A stretch of 64,000 nt of DNA from Camelus dromedarius (lineage: Eukaryota), in contig NC_087436.1 of the NCBI RefSeq assembly GCF_036321535.1, positions 78,308,001 through 78,372,000 of the forward strand. The letters run 5' to 3'. The position numbers were made by a program, and so were the translations under genes. Under the pieces are notes generated by a model that was not told the DNA's origin, did no database searches, and was given only the letters and a program-made list of their open reading frames with translations. Position 1 is the first letter of the stretch. Every line of letters begins with the position of its first letter. Below are positions 37,596 through 51,400 of the stretch, in pieces.

Positions 37596-38004
37596 AAAAT
37601 CATTTGGAGATTCTGTCTGGGCCTAAAGCAATGCAGAGCAAAAGTGCCAGTGCAGACTTAGTAATAAGCAGATCTGGGCACACAGGAGCAAGCTTTGGCA
37701 GGGATTACTTTCTGGGAATGAACAGTCTGGCTGAACACCCAAAACGCTGAGCTTGAACTTCCCCTATCTGTATAGCCAGTCTCCTCTCTCTACTTAGTCC
37801 TCCTCTTCACACAAACAACAGCAAAATCAGAAAATGTTAAGAACTTTTCCTCTTTAAATGCAACAGGAAGAGGTAACTGCACCATCCATCCGTTTTGGTA
37901 GAGGACCCCTCCGTGCCCTCGGATAGCCTCGAGGAGTCCAGATGTAACCGTCCCCTTGCTGCCCTGAAAGACCAAATCTCTGGTCATCTGTTTCGCTCAT
38001 CCGC

Positions 38005-38250
38005 AAGCGTGAGCACAGCAATGGGATTAAGAAACTGGGCCCTGCAGCTGGGCTGTTTGGGTTTGGATCCCGGCTCTACCTACCACCTTCTATGTGACCT
38101 TGGGTAAGATATTTAACTTCTTTGTGCCTTGGTTTCCCATCTGTAAAATGGGAATAATAATTTTGTTATGAGGATGAATTTATAAAGCACAGAGAAGAGT
38201 GCCCAACTCATATTAAGTGCAAATAAATGTTTGTTGAATAAACAAATAAA
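38005..38250 (+). mobile_element. MIR SINE
   Basis: tgtgaccttgggtaagatatttaacttctttgtgccttggtttcccatctgtaaaatggg. Confidence 0.85.
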
Positions 38251-38399
38251 AAATTGATCTAGCTACCCCTTCCCGCATATCCAGCTCTATTCTTGTGTTG
38301 CCAGCATCTCTCATTCTGGAGGGTCTCTCTGCGGCTGGCTGTGCCCCTCTTTGCCACTTACTGTCCTCTCTTATTATGAGGACTCTGGACAACACAGAT

Positions 38400-38685
38400 C
38401 CTCAAACAAACATTTCTTTACTTCATGACTAATGCCTACTGGTCCTTCAAGTTTCCTCTTATATTTCTCTTCCTCCTGGAGTCTTCCTGAGGAATTAATT
38501 CTCCCTCTTAACATGCTCCCATAGCAGTGTTTTCTCTCTACTCACTCATTCATTCATTCATTCATGCATTCATTGAATCAAGACAAAATTATCATGTAAG
38601 GCACCATGCCAAGTACTGGGAGTTTACATTCTAGAGAGAAACACTTAGGCGGCCCCAAAAACTTTGTGATGAATGGATGAATATA
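38400..38685. mobile_element. L2 fragments with (cattcatt)n tail
   Basis: L2-like body and tcattcattcattcatt tail sequence. Confidence 0.55.
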
Positions 38686-39559
38686 CAAATGACTCCCTTG
38701 TGTATCAGATCCTTAGCATTTTCTCCCCACGGGAACAGACTAGAAACTTTCCAGATTACTAAGTAATTCTCTGACATCAGCCAATGGTAAAGGGATTTGA
38801 GGGGGTTAGCCCCACCCCACTCAGGACCTAACTAACATGGTGTCCCCTTCAAGCTGCTGCATTTCTGCAGCCCGCGTAACCATGCAGCACACAGCACCAG
38901 CCTAGCGCGCCAAGCCTTGACTGTGGCTGGACCTGTTCAGGGCTCTGCAGGATTCGTTCATGTGGACTGTCATAGAGACTGAGACACTGGGAATCACAGT
39001 GGATGGAGAAGTGCCCAGAGAAAACGAAAGACAAGAATGAAATTAAAACCAAAAGTCAAACAAAACTTAAGATTTGCAAAGCTAAATTTTCACTTTATAA
39101 AGGAACATTTTCCCATCTTTTGCTACAATCAACTGCACAACTTGGCAAATTTTCATTCATGACTCAAAACACACACATAGGCTCTATGGTACTCTGAGCC
39201 TTTCTCATAGGTGGTACAGCCACCAGCTCGAATTGATCTTCATCTTAATACGGTCATTTTCAAGTTACTCAGCATAAACCCAGAAGATTACTCAGTATAG
39301 CCATCATCTGATTCTTTAATGAGATATAGGATATAGGACATTGAATTTATAGACTTAGGAAACTGAAAGAGAAGAAATTTTCCATGTAAAAGGAAAAAAA
39401 AAAACTTTTTAAGCATTAAAAATCTTTGTAAAGCAAGGAGAGTGAAGCAGATCCTGGAGACTGCAAGCAGAGGGACTGAGGCTGCCACTGTGCCAAGCTA
39501 GGACTTGGGGGAAGCACGGTAACCAGCAGAGATGGACAAAAGCAGGTCTGGGGAGAGTG

Positions 39560-39822
39560 GCAGGGTGGGACTGTGGAGAAAGCACTGGGCTTTAAGTCAG
39601 GAAACCTGGACTTTAGTCCTGCTTTGCCCTTTATTAGCTGCATGACTTTGAGAACCACTTACTCCCTCTGGGCCTTGGCTTCCACATGCATCAGATGGGA
39701 AGAATATTTGTTTCTGCATTAGCTATCTCAGGGGCTTGACACTAGCTAGGATCAAGTCAGTAAGTGGCACGTAAACTCCCAGCAGAGGGCCTGATGTGCA
39801 GGGAGGCTCAATAAATGTTCTG
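39560..39822 (+). mobile_element. MIR SINE (a second MIR on - at ~39945-40130)
   Basis: aagcactgggctttaagtcaggaaacctgg..tagctgcatgactttg..ctcaataaatgtt. Confidence 0.8.
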
Positions 39823-40165
39823 TTTACATTTTTTCATTGGGATGAAATAAGTCTCTAACCTGAGTGATCACTTACGTGTTTCCAACTTGGCTCCTGTTGA
39901 AATATACCAGTCATAAGAGTTTACCTTCACTCTTTAAAAGAATAATGATGATGACAGTTAACAGTTACTGAGCATTTATAATGGATATGCCAGGAAACTA
40001 TGCTAAGAGCTTTGCATACACTCATTTATTCCTCAGATTACTCCTGATGTAAGTACATCATTATGGAGGGGGAAACAGGCACAGGGAGGTTAGGCCACAT
40101 CCCTAATTACAGCAAATAAGTGGTGGAACCATTTTTTAAAATTTATTTAAAAAGCAAAGTGGAAG

Positions 40166-40285
40166 AGGGGGTGGGTATAGCTCAGTGGTAGCACATGCTT
40201 AGCATGCACAAGGTCCTGGGTTCATCCCCAGTACCTCCATATATATATAAATGGAATATAAATAAATAAATATAATTAAATAAAA
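40166..40285 (+). mobile_element. tRNA-Ala-derived SINE, camelid vic-1 type
   Basis: gggtatagctcagtggtag-cacatgcttagcatgcacaaggtcctgggttca-tccccagtacctcca closely follows tRNA-Ala(AGC), with A/B-box-like motifs, a G-rich leader and an AT-rich tail. Confidence 0.85.
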
Positions 40286-40659
40286 GGAAATTTTGATTGA
40301 GAGGAGAAAGATATGAGAACATATGCAAATTACTTTGAGGACATACATCCATTATACCTCCCGTCATATTTCCTACCAAACAGAAGCATGCATCTCCCCG
40401 GGCTAGCTCTCCCTGTTCTGTTCCTGCTGCCTCAAGGCTTCTCCTACTGCCAGAGGGTCCTGACTTCCAGATGCCATCCTGGCCAAGGCTTGGAAAGCCA
40501 GCCAGAGCCCTGAGAGTGATGCTCAGTCTTTACTTTACCTTTAGATCATAAAGAGATTTCTCAAAAACAGCATACTTTAAGAAGACGTTGTACTTGTGCC
40601 TCAGGTTAACAAAGGTTTTGTTTGCTTTTCAGTTTTCAGAGAATGGGTTAGTGCTCTAA

Positions 40660-40882
40660 TACCACACAGCGGCTAAAAGCATACACCATACACTCTGGCT
40701 CCTCTGGCTCTGAGCCGTGTGAAGGTGATGGACACCTCCCTTCCCCTCCTGGGGTTTCACTGTCCTTATCTGCAATATGGGTGCAATATGGTAGAACCTT
40801 ATAGGGTTGTCATGATATTTAAGTAAATGAGCAAACGCACTGGAGAGAGAGCAGGCCCTGGCAATTGTAAAATGCTCAGTAA
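40660..40882 (+). mobile_element. MIR SINE
   Basis: ccttatctgcaatatggg..atagggttgtcatga..atgctcagtaaatagtactattgttattatt. Confidence 0.7.
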
Positions 40883-41029
40883 ATAGTACTATTGTTATTA
40901 TTCACAGAATCCAAGAGACTACACATGTGAGGTGATAAGGATCTACAGAAAGAGCATTGAATGCAGAGACAGAGACCTAGAATCTAGGGCCAGCTCTGCC
41001 ACCAACAAGTTCTTATCAATAACATGCTA

Positions 41030-41198
41030 AAGAAGAGATGAGCCCCGCTGACCCCACAGACACATCTTAATAGGCCAGCACGGGGCTTGTTTGTTTTCAT
41101 GTTTAGATGTAAACACGTTCAGGCCAGGCAGTCTTTGACTGTCTCCCACTCCCTATTGTTTCATGGCTGATGAACCAGGGGTTTGAGTTTGCAACTTG
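41030..41198. mobile_element. hAT-Charlie fragment (MER102-like) within a MIR
   Basis: ctcccactccctattgt..gtttgagtttgcaac. Confidence 0.5.
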
Positions 41199-41924
41199 AT
41201 CACCCTCCATGGTCTCAGCCACCACCACTAAAGCCAGCAGAAGAACATCTGCCCTTCTACTTGGCAAAACTGGTGCTCAGTTCAAATGAGACGGCATTTG
41301 TCCATGGCACTTCATCATCATAAAGCCCTATAAAACGGGACTGATTATTTGAAACTTGGGACATTCAGCCTTTTTTTTAACGCCCATTTGTGCTGTATTG
41401 CAGAGAACAGTCTTGTCTGAAGACAGATAAAATCTGGTGGGTGGAGTTGTTTTTAAACACTTCTTCATGCCAATTTTGGTCAAGCAGTATGTCGACCCTG
41501 ATATTTTTTTTCAGGGAGGAGCCCAAGGGAATAAGGTCTCAATCATTCACACTTAGGGAATCAGTTCATTTACACACCTCAGATGGCAGACCCTATTCCT
41601 TAGAAAAAGAGAGTCTGGGAGCAGGCACATGAAGCTCCCCAGTGAACCGGAAAGACCTGGGGCCACCTTCTTCGCCGTCTCTTCCTTCCTCTAGCCTGGT
41701 GCTTTCTTCACCCAAGTCCCTGATGATGCTTCAGGACCTAAAGAGACCATCTAGATCCTAAAAAGCCAGTGTCTCTGACTACAGGTGTAATTCCCTCTGA
41801 AATGAGCATCGCATGACAAGATCACCCGCACTAATTATTCGTAAGCACAAAAGACAATTTGCCCGAAATTTAATGTGGATACTGCACAGAGATTCCTACC
41901 AACCACATGACAGACTCTGGACAC

Positions 41925-42270
41925 TGGTGCTATAGTGGGAAAATGACAGCCTCTGAATCTGGGTTCTCAGCCCACCATTAACACCCTTGGGCCGGGGTCT
42001 TCCTCTGTGAGCCTCAGTTTCCTCAGTTGTAAATAGTAATAATGACAACAACAGCTGTCATCCAGCACCCCTATGACGTGCCAGGCACGATCTAGGCAGG
42101 CACCTTACCTACGTATTTTTCATGAAAACCTCACCAGAATTCTGAAAAGTAAGTATCTCTATTCCCATTTTAGAGAAGAAACAGACTTTGTGAATTTAAG
42201 AAACTTGCTCACGGAAACATAGTGTAGGCCTAGACTTCACCGGTATGATACTGTCACATGGAAGGTGCTC
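41925..42270. mobile_element. Two adjacent MIRs in opposite orientation (+ ~41925-42045, - ~42050-42270)
   Basis: ctgtgagcctcagtttcctcagttgtaaa; attcccattttagagaagaaacagac. Confidence 0.7.
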
Positions 42271-42737
42271 TCTGCTCTGCCTTCCTCTTAGACTCTCGTG
42301 AGGCTGAAATGAGACTGTGTTGATAACAACATTTTGTTTAAATGGAAAAATTATTATTATTTTTTTTGTATAGGTACATCCATTTCTTTTGGACATGAGC
42401 ATTGATGAGCCCAATCTTTCAGTGCCACAATTAACTAGGTCTATCAACCCAAATCAAATACTCAGACTTGGATGAAGGCAAAGGCACGTATTTTCAGGTT
42501 ACTATACTGGGTCTATTCCTGAGTCGTGACTAAAGCAGCTCTCCATCTTCAGCAAAATTGCTCCCTTTACCCAGTTTCTTTAGGAGCTAGTAATAGAACT
42601 CCAAGAAGGATGAGGAAGGCTCATTCTGTGGCTCCCCAGAAAGAAGGTGGTTGGTACTTAGTAGAGTCCTTCAGCATGGGAAGAGGGGCAGCTCAGTGCC
42701 ACAGGTCTGACATGCCCCCACTACCCTCATATATAGT

Positions 42738-42739
<2 letters not shown>

Positions 42740-42768
<29 letters not shown>
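42740..42768. repeat. (TG)n microsatellite
   Basis: Read directly from sequence. Confidence 0.97.
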
Positions 42769-45577
42769 TGTTTATTTTCTTTTTTTACTTATTTTTTTTT
42801 AATTCTCTCTCTCCCAACTAGAATGTAAGCTCCATGAGGACAGAGGTTTCTTTGCCTGCATCTAGAAATATGTTGAATGAAGGGAGAGCCATGAAGTGTG
42901 GCCTGGTTAGAGCAAGCACTGGAGATCAGGCCGCTGACAAGCCCCGGAGGCAAGTCCAGAGCATAGCCATCTCGGTGAGATCGAAGAGCCAGTACGTGAG
43001 ATTTAGAGCAGCTCAAAGAGAGTGGGTAAAAAGTGACCAGGGCGGTGTCTGGGCCTCGGAGATGGACCAGTCCTTGGTGAGGCCTGTGCTCAGGGTGGAG
43101 CCAAGGGAGGAGGACGCATGTCCCAAGGTCCGGGCATATTTGCACTGCTGTACCGGAGCAGCGTGTAAAACTCTTTCCTCTGAGGATGAGTGACCATTAG
43201 AATGGACACAGTGGGCTCAAAGAGGGTTTCTGCTGAGACGGGGTCTGCAGGAGGCTCAGAAATTAGTGAATATGAGTTTGAACACACTGCAGAGATCACC
43301 CCTTGAGGTGGGGTTTCTTCGTCTGTGATTCTGTGAATAACCAGTGAACCATGGCAAGTCGACATCAAGAACCAACCAGCCTCAGAAATAATGGCACAGA
43401 CCTCTCCTCCATGACCCAAAGCTGTAACATTTTCCCAAGCTCTTGGAGGGTGACCGGGGCCATCAGCATAAGAGGTCCACCAGAAGGAGTCTCTCACTCA
43501 GTCTGCTCGGTCTGACCTCTCCTCACACCCAACCATGCACATCTCCCACGTGCCTCTCTAAAACTCCAATCATGTCTCCTTTCCTTCCAGCACCACTGAG
43601 TAAGAAACACTTGCAGAGATCAGGACATGAATCAGGAAATGAACAGAGAACTTCATCAAGGTCAAGCACATGGCTAAACCCTACAGGACACCCTACATGT
43701 GATAGAACTCGAACAAAAAGCAAATGGAAATTAGCTTTGGCATATGATGCTTGCAATGCAGTGCAAAGCACTGCCCTGTGAGTCTTCTGGCTCCGTCTAA
43801 AGTTTTCTTTATTAAACATATCTTTGTTGCTATCCAGGGCACCTGCCACAAAGATACTACAAAATACAGCTTATTCCCGGGTTCATAAGAGCTCTCATAT
43901 AGGAACAATTAAAGCTATCTATGCCGCTGGGGACATCCCATTTTACATCAACAAATACTATGTCATCTGTAACCTTACCAATTTCCATTTAGGAACTTCC
44001 AATTATTCATACTGCTAGGCGGTGAATTCTGGTTTTCTTGCTGATAATTTCATTACCTCTTCTCCATCCCCCTCCCCCCAAAAAGCCAAATTATAGGCTT
44101 TTCTAGGGGGGAAAATCATAAACAACCTGCAAGTTCAACTTTCCAGTACTGCAAAGCTGGGTGCTATTTTTCTGTGGTTCCAAATGGCCTCTTAAAACCA
44201 CATGAAATAAACCTATTTCATTCTCGCACAAATCATTGTTTCCCCATGGGCTGTAGAAAACCATTTCCAGCCAGTCACCAATTGTTCTAAGTGGATGCAA
44301 AGTTTTCCTTATTGTCCTACTACCAGGGCATCTCAGAGTTGTACAGGGAACGCAAGGAAGAACTCGTGGGAGAGCGTGGGGATGGAAAAGGAAGTTAGGA
44401 AGTAGGGTCAGGTCTGCTGATCCCAGTGGTGGCCACTGCAGTGGAAGGCTCTGCTCCTGACTGGAGCCCAGAGGTTACAGAGCGGCAGCTCTGTGGGCCT
44501 GAGAATCAGACAGATTACAGAACTCACTTCCCAGGCTGCTGATGGCAATGTGCATAAATTAACATCTCATTCTCTGCAGTTGCCGCAGTGGCTGGAAGCA
44601 GTGACTGATCTCGTGTTTGGCCTCCCTACGAGAGATGTGCTAAAGCTTTTCCCGGCATTCCCCACTTCCTTATGAGCTCAGCTTTTCCTCACTAGACAAA
44701 TATCTGGGCTGAAGACTTGGGACCATCAAGCAGCAGGCAACCTACTGGGTTGGTTCCTCCACCTTTTGTCCCTGCAGCAGCGCTTAACTGAACAGGCAAA
44801 GCTCGTGGTTCTGTAGTCAGCAGACTCAACGGCACTGGGAACCACAGCAGGTCCACTTTCAGATTACAAGCCTTCCTCACCCTTCAGGGCTTTGTTAGAT
44901 TTTTCGATGTAAAAGTGCACATGTCTGAGCAAAGTGGACTGGGTTTGCGGGCCTGGCCAAATTTAAACAAATTCATGTGGCTTGTTTCCCTTAAAGTAAT
45001 TATGAGCATTTGGTCTGTTTTTTTTTTTAATAATTTCATCCTTTAACCAACAAATGTTTCCAAGAGTTTTTCTATTATCAGTCATCTGATTACTGGCTTG
45101 TCTGAGAGTTGAGCCCACAAAGGCGTCTGGTGGGGAAGGCAATGGGGCTGCCAGAAGATTGGGGATGCAAGAGGTTTTCTGTGAGCCACCAGAGGGGCCC
45201 CTTTTCCTGCTTTGCACAAAGACCTCCCTCATGCCAGCAGCAGCCCGAGTAACAGCACCATGCCATTGCTGTAAAAATCTATGCCACAGCCTCTAGAGGT
45301 CATAGGAGGGCTCTGCGGTGTGTGAACAGCTCACACTCAGTACATTTTAGCTGGCGATTGAAGGCATTGTACGTGTTCGATGCATACTTCTCTGAAGAAT
45401 AGGTGGAGGACAGGCAGGCTTGAAGTAATGCTTGCTGTGTTTTTGGCTTATCAAAAAGGATGGCTCAGTTCCTGGGAGACTGAAGAATTTGGAAGCAAAG
45501 GTGGTGTTTTCACCTGTCCTGAGGACTGAAACTTGGGAAGAGAATGATATGGGAGGTATTAAAGAAAATGGGCTTTC

Positions 45578-45826
45578 AAGGAGGGGAGGGTAGATAATAG
45601 GAAAGGATAAAGTGGGAGTTTGGGATTTGTAGATATTAATGATTATATATTAAATAGATGAACAACAAGGTCCTACTGTATACCACAGGGGACTATATTC
45701 AGTACCTCGTAATGGCCTATAAGGAAAAAGAATATGAAAAGGAATATATATATGTGTAACGGAATCACTATGCTGTACATCAGAAAGTAACACAATTTTG
45801 TAAATCGATTATACTTCAATTAAAAA
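45578..45826 (+). mobile_element. Cetartiodactyl-type L1 3' end with degenerate TSD
   Basis: gggagtttgggatttgtaga..aacaacaaggtcctactgtata..gaatcactatgctgtac..tatacttcaattaaaaaaa. TSD aaagaaaatgggctttc (45561-45577) / aaacaaaatgggttttt (45827-45843). Confidence 0.88.
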
Positions 45827-46124
45827 AAACAAAATGGGTTTTTCTAATCTAAGGTTTACAACATAGACAAACATGCTTCAGGACTGGCTAGTCTATGCTT
45901 ATCCATTGAGTAAGTATCTATTAAGCCCTTGTTACATCTCGGGCACTGAGGGACGAATTTCAGGAAGACTGTGAAGAATGGCTTTGCCTGGAGCCACCCC
46001 ACCGCTTAAGAAAGGCAGGTACAAGCCAAGCAGGAGTGGCCTCATCTGCAAGAGAGTGAATGAGCTTAAGGGACAGGGGTGGGAACACCAAGAGGGTTGA
46101 GGAAGGGGCCATGACAACTGTGTT

Positions 46125-46413
46125 CAGTGTGTGAAGAGTTGTTACAAGAAATTAGATTCGTTCTGTCTGGCCCTTAAGTGTTGGGTCTATGGGTAAAAGT
46201 GTTGAGGCAGAGTTTGGGTCTCAGTGGAAACAAGGAACTTCAAACCATTATTTCTGAAGGCTTGAGTGCTAATGATTTTTCCATCACAGAAGGTATTCAA
46301 GCAGGAGTTGAACAAATACTTGTCCTCAATGCCAAAGGGGGAATTCAAGCCGCTCAACAGAGGGTGAATGAACTGAAAGTGCTTTCTGAGCCTTGTATTT
46401 CATGAGATTCTGA
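46125..46413 (+). mobile_element. CR1/L3 LINE 3' end
   Basis: ttagattcgttctgtctggccc..aggaacttc..tccatcacagaaggtattcaagcag..tgagattctg. Confidence 0.65.
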
Positions 46414-47155
46414 AAGAAGCGATCCTTCTGCTTTTCATGTCAGTTCCGGGCACCAACTCCTTCCCTGTCTTCTATTAAACTTGTTAAATCTGAATACTGG
46501 ATATGTTGTAATAAGATCATAAAATCTGTTTCATTTTTGTTGTGCCCTAACATTCATGACGTGCTTGATTCATACTTTCCATTTATTTCGCTTTGTAAAA
46601 AAGGACACAGAGAACATTTGAGTTAAATAAAACAACAATCAAGGAAGGGTTCATTGTACTAATAATGCTGTTTCTTGAGCTGGATGGTGACTACAGAAGC
46701 CTATTTCACCTGTCCATCTGTCTGTCTGTCTATCTTCCTAGGTATCTAATTGGAATACTGCAAATGAATTATAAAGAGAGAAAAACAGGTAACATTAGAA
46801 TGCCTACACTCTGACTTTCTATTTTAGAGCCTGTAACTTACACTATCCATGTGTAAGGTTAATAAAATTTAAACTTAAGTTAAAGAATTTTTTTAGGTAG
46901 CTTGTAGATATTTGACCTAATAAAAATTTCATAATTACTACTCAAACTGGCATCAGATCTGCCCACATTCTTCATTGCCTCTCTCTTGGCTTTGTGATTA
47001 CATCTACTTCAATTCCCCACGCCACTCAGAATATTACAAAATGAAAACAAACAACTGTCAAATCTCAAATATAATCAAACGTATCATCCTTCTCAGGTTG
47101 CCCTCTGTTTGTCTTTTTGCCCCCTCACATAGCCTACCCTACCCACTTCAATGCA

Positions 47156-47157
<2 letters not shown>

Positions 47158-47185
<28 letters not shown>
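47158..47185. repeat. (CA)n microsatellite
   Basis: Read directly from sequence. Confidence 0.97.
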
Positions 47186-47186
<1 letters not shown>

Positions 47187-47339
47187 TCTGCTCTGGAAAA
47201 TTCATTGCCTGATTCCTGGCGGCTCTGAACACTGGCAAATTGCAGAGCATCAGAAAATCCATATATATTCTAGCAGGCTGTGAAAAAGAATTTCCCCTGG
47301 AATTTGATAAGATGACCACCCAGAATGAGCATAACATTT

Positions 47340-47462
47340 AAGACATTTAAAACAGACTGGACAAAGCACTAGAGATTATGATGTAAAGATCAATTCTCCC
47401 CTATCAAAGAAATAGACTAGGTGATTTAATGTACTTTCCCCATTGTTAATTTCTATGATCTT
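47340..47462 (+). mobile_element. Ancient CR1-type 3' terminus
   Basis: agactggacaaagcact..gactaggtga..aatttctatgat resembles amniote CR1 ends. Confidence 0.5.
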
Positions 47463-48289
47463 GAGGTTTATTTGAATGCAGACAGAATCCATTTGAATAA
47501 TGGCTCAAGAAAAGAACTTGGTTGCTAATTTAATAGGTGCCAAGGTGTGAAAAATTATTGTCATGATTATGGTAACTGGAACTAAGCTTGTAAAAATATT
47601 TTTGCAGAATATTAAACAGTTCTGTATGACAAGGGCCACACACCCATGCACACAACATAGCAGTCTCCCTCTTATCATGAGTTGATGTTTTCCTTTAAGT
47701 GAAAAGGTGCACCAAGATGCTGTTGGGTTAGAATTGCCTTAGGTCATTTCGCTCTGATTTTTCATGGTTGCCTAAGAGATATGAGAGACAGCTCCTAAGT
47801 AAGATCACTTAGGATTGAAAGATGGCTGAAAGCTAGAACAAATACTCAAAACCGTAACGTGAAAGGAAGAACATGGCAGAGATGGGGGTGTGGTGGGGAG
47901 ACAGCCTCGAAATTTGCTTTTTGGAATTCATGTTTGTTTCTTTCAGTAGTACCTGTAGATCAAAGACTCATCTTGCCCTTGTCTCCCTACTGTGAATTCC
48001 CTAACTTTTCGTATAAATTGCTCTGATTACAAGCATGCACTTCGATGTCTGCATTTGCACACACGTTATGGTTTCTGTTGCCTGAGTGATAAAATAATAA
48101 ATGACAAATACTTCCACATCCAATGAACAAAAAGACCAAAAAAAATCATCATAATGACTTTGCATTTTGTTGATTTGTTGATTTGTTTTTTGGATAAAGG
48201 AAAAGTCAGAAAAGAATGAAAAACAGGTAAGAATGGGTTGGTCTCCTTATTTCCAAAAAACAATCAAAAGTTTAGTAATAATGCCCACA

Positions 48290-48475
48290 TTTCATCTGGC
48301 AGCCACTGCACGCTACACAGTTTGTGAGCATTCTCTTGAATCCTTATAAAAATTGCGCAGCAGGCATTGCTATCCTCATTTTACAGACAAAGAAAGCAAG
48401 AATCAGAGAGGCCAATCACCTTGCCCAAACAAGTGAGTGACAACGTAGAAGACCAGAGCCCTGTCATTTCACCCA
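48290..48475 (-). mobile_element. MIR fragment
   Basis: atcctcattttacagacaaagaaagcaag..cttgcccaa. Confidence 0.7.
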
Positions 48476-51400
48476 CATGTCACAGCACCCACCATGCACA
48501 TCTAAAGGGAGATGCCCCCGTTGAGAAATGACGATTGGGTCTGTCTTTTAGGGTTATTTTTAATTTAGGCAAAAGTTTCCTCTTGCCATACCAATCTTAA
48601 CCTGACAGCCCTAGCAGAAAGAATATCATAATCTTGATTTTGCAAAACAGAGGACTGGTTTAATTTAAATTTTCTAGAGGCTGACAGAGTATATTTTAAC
48701 ATGTTTAACATATTCACTCATAGGAATTTCTACAACACAAAAGGCACACTGAGGTGAACAGGGCTTGTGGAGGACAGATCCTGGGACACGTGAAGTCCCA
48801 TCCTAGAGACATGGTAAGAATTCTGTACTGTTTCCTTTCATGGCTTTCGTAGTTTTCAGCCTAGACTCTTCCTCACATAGAAGTTCCACGTGGAGAGTGT
48901 CCCACTGGATGAATTCTGTCCAATCACTTATGCCATGTTTAGATCTAGATTTTGCTTCCTCCTGTTGTTAACTGCTGCTTCAACGACTCCATGAGATAAC
49001 AACGCAAGGCCAATTGGGACTTGGTCTCACAGAGATCTGCTCTGAGACACAATCCCCAGAAGTAGGTTTCTTCTGAAACAGATGTTGCATGTACCAGGAT
49101 ACAGCAGTCAATTAACAAGTATGTACTGAGTGCCTACAGCAAGTCGGATGCTGAGGAGAATACAAAGAAGCAGGAGGCCCAGTGTCTTCCCTCAGATGTT
49201 TAAAATCTAGTTGAGGATTTAAAAAGACAAGTAATGAGAGTAGGTGGCAAATGATGGCCCTGGCCTGGCCCTAGGCCTCTGCAGCTTGGCCTGGATCCAC
49301 CTCAGGAATAAATCTACTCTTAGGCAGAAGGGATATTGGAAGCTACCCTTGAAATCAGATCACGTCTGTAAAGTACCAAACAGTCCCTGGCACACAGCAG
49401 GCACCCACTGAAGACTGTGTTTTCTCTCTCCTGTTTCTCTCCCATGACTCCCGGGAGCAGTGGCAGCTCTCCTCGCGGTCAACTCAGCTTTACCTTTGCT
49501 CCTCTGTCCTGATAACAGGACTTTTCTTGCTTCTTGAGCACTTGGCCCCACTTAAGAGTCCAGTTCTAGAACTCTGTCCTGCTCCCCATCTTGGTAACCT
49601 GCCCACATCCTGGATCCACATCCTTAACAGCTGAGTGCTCTGTGCCTTGCTGTTACTTGACACTCTCCAGAGGACTGGAGTTTCAGGCCGGTAGGTAGCA
49701 GGAGCCTGCTCCAACAGTGCTGCGGCCTGCCTGACTGCTGGGCCGCAGACTGCGGGCTCTGTGGTTTCTTATGCTCCAGATGGGTCAGCAAATTATGCCA
49801 CAAATATCAATTCACTTCAGTGTCCTGGCTGCCTAGAATACTTTGTTGAAAACAAGTCCAAGGTCTCATCTAGGTCCTAGAGGACGGGACGTCATGATCA
49901 ATAGTGACGGCTGACCATGGCATGGAGGCGTAGGGCTGGTGGGGACCAGGGCTGCATCCTTCCTGACCCTGTTCACAGACTGTTATCCTTTAATTACCTC
50001 CTTACTCAGTGCCATGTTTCACTCACCACACTCACCTACTTCCCAGCACTTGTAGTTGGATCTGTCCTTCTGACCCTACCTCAGAGACTCAGAATGGATC
50101 CAGACCCAAATCCAAGTCTCCCCTCTGGCTTCACTATCCTATTGTTGAAGAAACTCCAGACTTAGCACAATATAAATGACATAGTTCAGACTGGAGAGGT
50201 CAGGGTGACAGCAAGAATAGAACAGTGCAGACTGAGGGAAATCCATTCATAGATGTGATGGCCACAATGTGTAGAATTAGTCCAAGCATAAGCAATTCAC
50301 AATGACTGATAGTAACCCATTCATTCACATTTGTCTTGTAATAACTTTTAATGAAAAAGAATATGAAAATTAATATATGTATGTATAAAAAAATAAAATA
50401 AAATAGCACACATCATAATTTGAACTCTGCTCTCTAGGACACAAGTATCAGTCAAATCATTAACTCATATCTAACTCCTCCCAAAGAACTTGACGTAAGA
50501 TTTCTACTATTGAAATGTTTGAGATCCCAATTAGGGAAATTAATTTGCAATCTACCTTAAACAATGTAAAAATTCAGATGTGTCTGCAATCCCAATTTTC
50601 AAGTGGCCTTTCATAAACTTGTTTTTCCATGGCTGTTGGCTAATTAAGAACCTTAGTTTCCATGAATATTTTATTTTGGAGGTTGGTTAGGAAGGTTAAT
50701 TGTCTATTTCCTTTATTTGTCTTTTTCTCCTTAATGGGACAAGCTATCAATTTGTCTGAATTGGCACACAAAATGAACAGGAAGAAGAGAAAAGAAAAAA
50801 AAAAACAGACTTAATGATGGGCAGAGTTTCAAGTTGCCATGGCACTTATTTGGTCTGCAAATTGTGAGCAATATTTACCACAAGAAATGAAAAACAAGGA
50901 ATCACATAGAGGTTTCTGGGAATTTATTTTCTGCATTTTTCTAGCATTTCTTTCAATTCATACTTTAGGGGAACAAAGTTTACACTCCAGAAAAGTAGAT
51001 ACCTATCCCTTTAGAAAGGTCTACAGTTTAATCCGTCAGAACGGCTGCCAAGACGTGCTCCTGTGAAACCAGACTGTCTCCATTCATGTCTGCTTACAAC
51101 AGCGAATTCTGCTCTTGTTTGCAATCTTGCACCACAGAGAAAGGAGAGATGTCATTTTGTCTCTGTAGTCTAGGAGGCTTCTTAATGATGCCCGGTGGTT
51201 GGAAAGAACATTCCAGATACTTGAACATCTTGGAACAAGAGATGCTCCCCCTCACAACTCCTGTTTGTTACAGCATGATGTTACATCGTTGTTGGTTTAC
51301 ACTACACTCAAACTGCAGTTGCCCTAATTAGAAATGCACACCCCAGGGTAGTCAGCCACCACTTAGTCAGGGGCAACCACAAGCCTTCAGCTTTCCTTAC

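Noticed and set aside
39779..39792. CTCF-like motif CCAGCAGAGGGCCT, with other near-matches at ~27246, ~35926, ~36825 and ~45187
   Set aside because: Each has mismatches at informative positions and some fall inside repeats. Cannot be supported without a PWM scan or ChIP data.
40173..40239. Possible functional tRNA-Ala gene
   Set aside because: Deletions in the D- and T-arm regions, a SINE-type leader and an A-rich tail instead of a T-run terminator indicate a retroposed SINE.
23749..43668. Shared 12-mer CAAGGTCAAGCA at ~23749 and ~43657, and TCAAGGTCA at 59822
   Set aside because: Many exact 12-mer matches are expected by chance within 64 kb.
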